This document shows positions 60,803-62,000 of a DNA stretch of 62,000 nucleotides, in pieces. Location: contig NC_057728.1 in the NCBI RefSeq assembly GCF_004010195.1, positions 54,852,588 to 54,914,587 on the forward strand, written 5' to 3'. The stretch is from Chiloscyllium plagiosum. Lineage: Eukaryota. The position numbers and the translations under genes are program-made. The notes under the pieces are model-generated. The model was not told where the DNA came from. It worked only from the letters and a program-made list of their open reading frames with translations, and made no database searches. How positions within the stretch are numbered: the stretch's first letter is position 1; every line of letters begins with the position of its first letter.

Positions 60803-62000
60803 CATGTATTTGGAAAGTAAAGTACTGATTCGGGATAGTCAACATGGCTTTGTGCATGGGAAATCATGTCTCACAAACTTGATTGAGTTTTTTGAAGAGT
60901 AACAAGGAAGATTGATGGGGGCAGAGCAGTAGATGTGATCCATATGGACTTCAGTAAGGCGTTCGACAAGGTTCCCCATGGGAGAATGATTAGCAAGGTT
61001 AGATCTCATGGAATACAGGGAGAACTAGCCATTTCGATACAGAACTGGCTCAAAGGTAGAAGACAGAGGGTGGTGGTAGAGGGTTGTTTTTCAGACTGGA
61101 AGCCTGTCACTAGTGGAGTGCCACAAGGATCGGTGCTGGGCCCTCTACTTTTTGTCATTTACATAAATGATTTGGATGCGAGCATAAGAGGTACAGTTAG
61201 TAAGTTTGCAGATGACACCAAAATTGGAGGTGCAGTGGACAGCGAAGACGGTTCCCTCAGATTACAACAGGGTCTGGACCAGATGGGCCAATGGGCTGAG
61301 AGGTGGCAGATGGAGTTTAATTCAGATAAATGTGAGGTGTTGCATTTTGGGAAAGCAAATCTTAGCAGGACTTATACACTTAATGGTAAGATCCTAGGGA
61401 GTGTTGCTGAACAAAGAGACCTTGGAGTGCAGGTTCATAGCTCCTTGAAAGTGGAGTCGCAGGTAGATAGGATAGTGAAGAAGGCATTTGGTATGCTTTT
61501 CTTTATTAGTCAGAGTATTGAGTACAGAAGTTGGGAGGTCATGTTGCGGCTGTACAGGACATTGGTCAGGCCATTATTGGAATATTGCGTGCAATTCTGG
61601 TCTCCTTCCTATCGGAAAGATGTTGTGAAACTTGAAAGGGTTCAGAAAAGATTTACAAGGATGTTGCCAGGGTTGGAGGATCTGAGCTACAGGGAGAGGC
61701 TGAACAGGCTGGGGCAGTTTTCCCTGGAGCGTCCGAGGCTGAGGGGTGAACTTATAGAGGTTTACAAAATTATGAGGGGCATGGATAGGATAAATCGACA
61801 AAGTATTTTCCCTGGGGTAGGTGGGTCCAGAACTAGAGGGCATAGGTTTAGGGTGAGAGGGAAATATATAAAAGAGACCAAAGGGGCAACTTTTTCACAC
61901 AGAGGGTGGTACATGTATGGAATGAGCTGCCAGAGGATGTAGTGGAGGCTGGTACAATTGCAACATTTAAGAGGCATTTGGATGGGTATATGAATAGGAA
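60803..62000 (+). mobile_element. CR1 (HER1-like) LINE RT region, running off the window
   Basis: ORF 60935..61942 ([40 protein letters not shown]). Confidence 0.95.

Overview
Repeat-dense eukaryotic DNA, very likely from a shark/elasmobranch, judging by HE1-type V-SINEs with a (TAATC)n tail shared with CR1/HER1 LINEs. One host gene is visible: the 3' part of a minus-strand, multi-exon TPR-repeat gene most resembling TTC41. It has 8 phase-compatible exons between ~24.2 and ~59.1 kb, and its upstream exons were not found. The rest is mostly transposon debris: CR1 LINE fragments (some nested), HE1 and other tRNA-derived SINEs, Rex1/Babar and Tx1 fragments, a Penelope-like element, solo LTRs and a Harbinger Myb-like remnant. 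The most striking observation is that two diverged copies of one LTR family (7898-8685 minus; 14898-16370 plus) are each interrupted at the same TATA-like site (TAAACAGG). In both, the interruption is a tandem array of Tx1-clade LINE fragments separated by copies of the target sequence. This suggests a site-specific LINE that repeatedly inserts into an LTR promoter and builds repeat-spacer-like arrays whose units vary at both ends. A second notable system is a set of ~90-215 bp Penelope-derived elements carrying minimal hammerhead-ribozyme motifs and flanked by 13-15 bp target-site duplications (TSDs). There are two assembly gaps (15452-15470, 42171-42261). Family names rest on recalled motifs, not database searches, and repeat boundaries are approximate unless TSDs are quoted.
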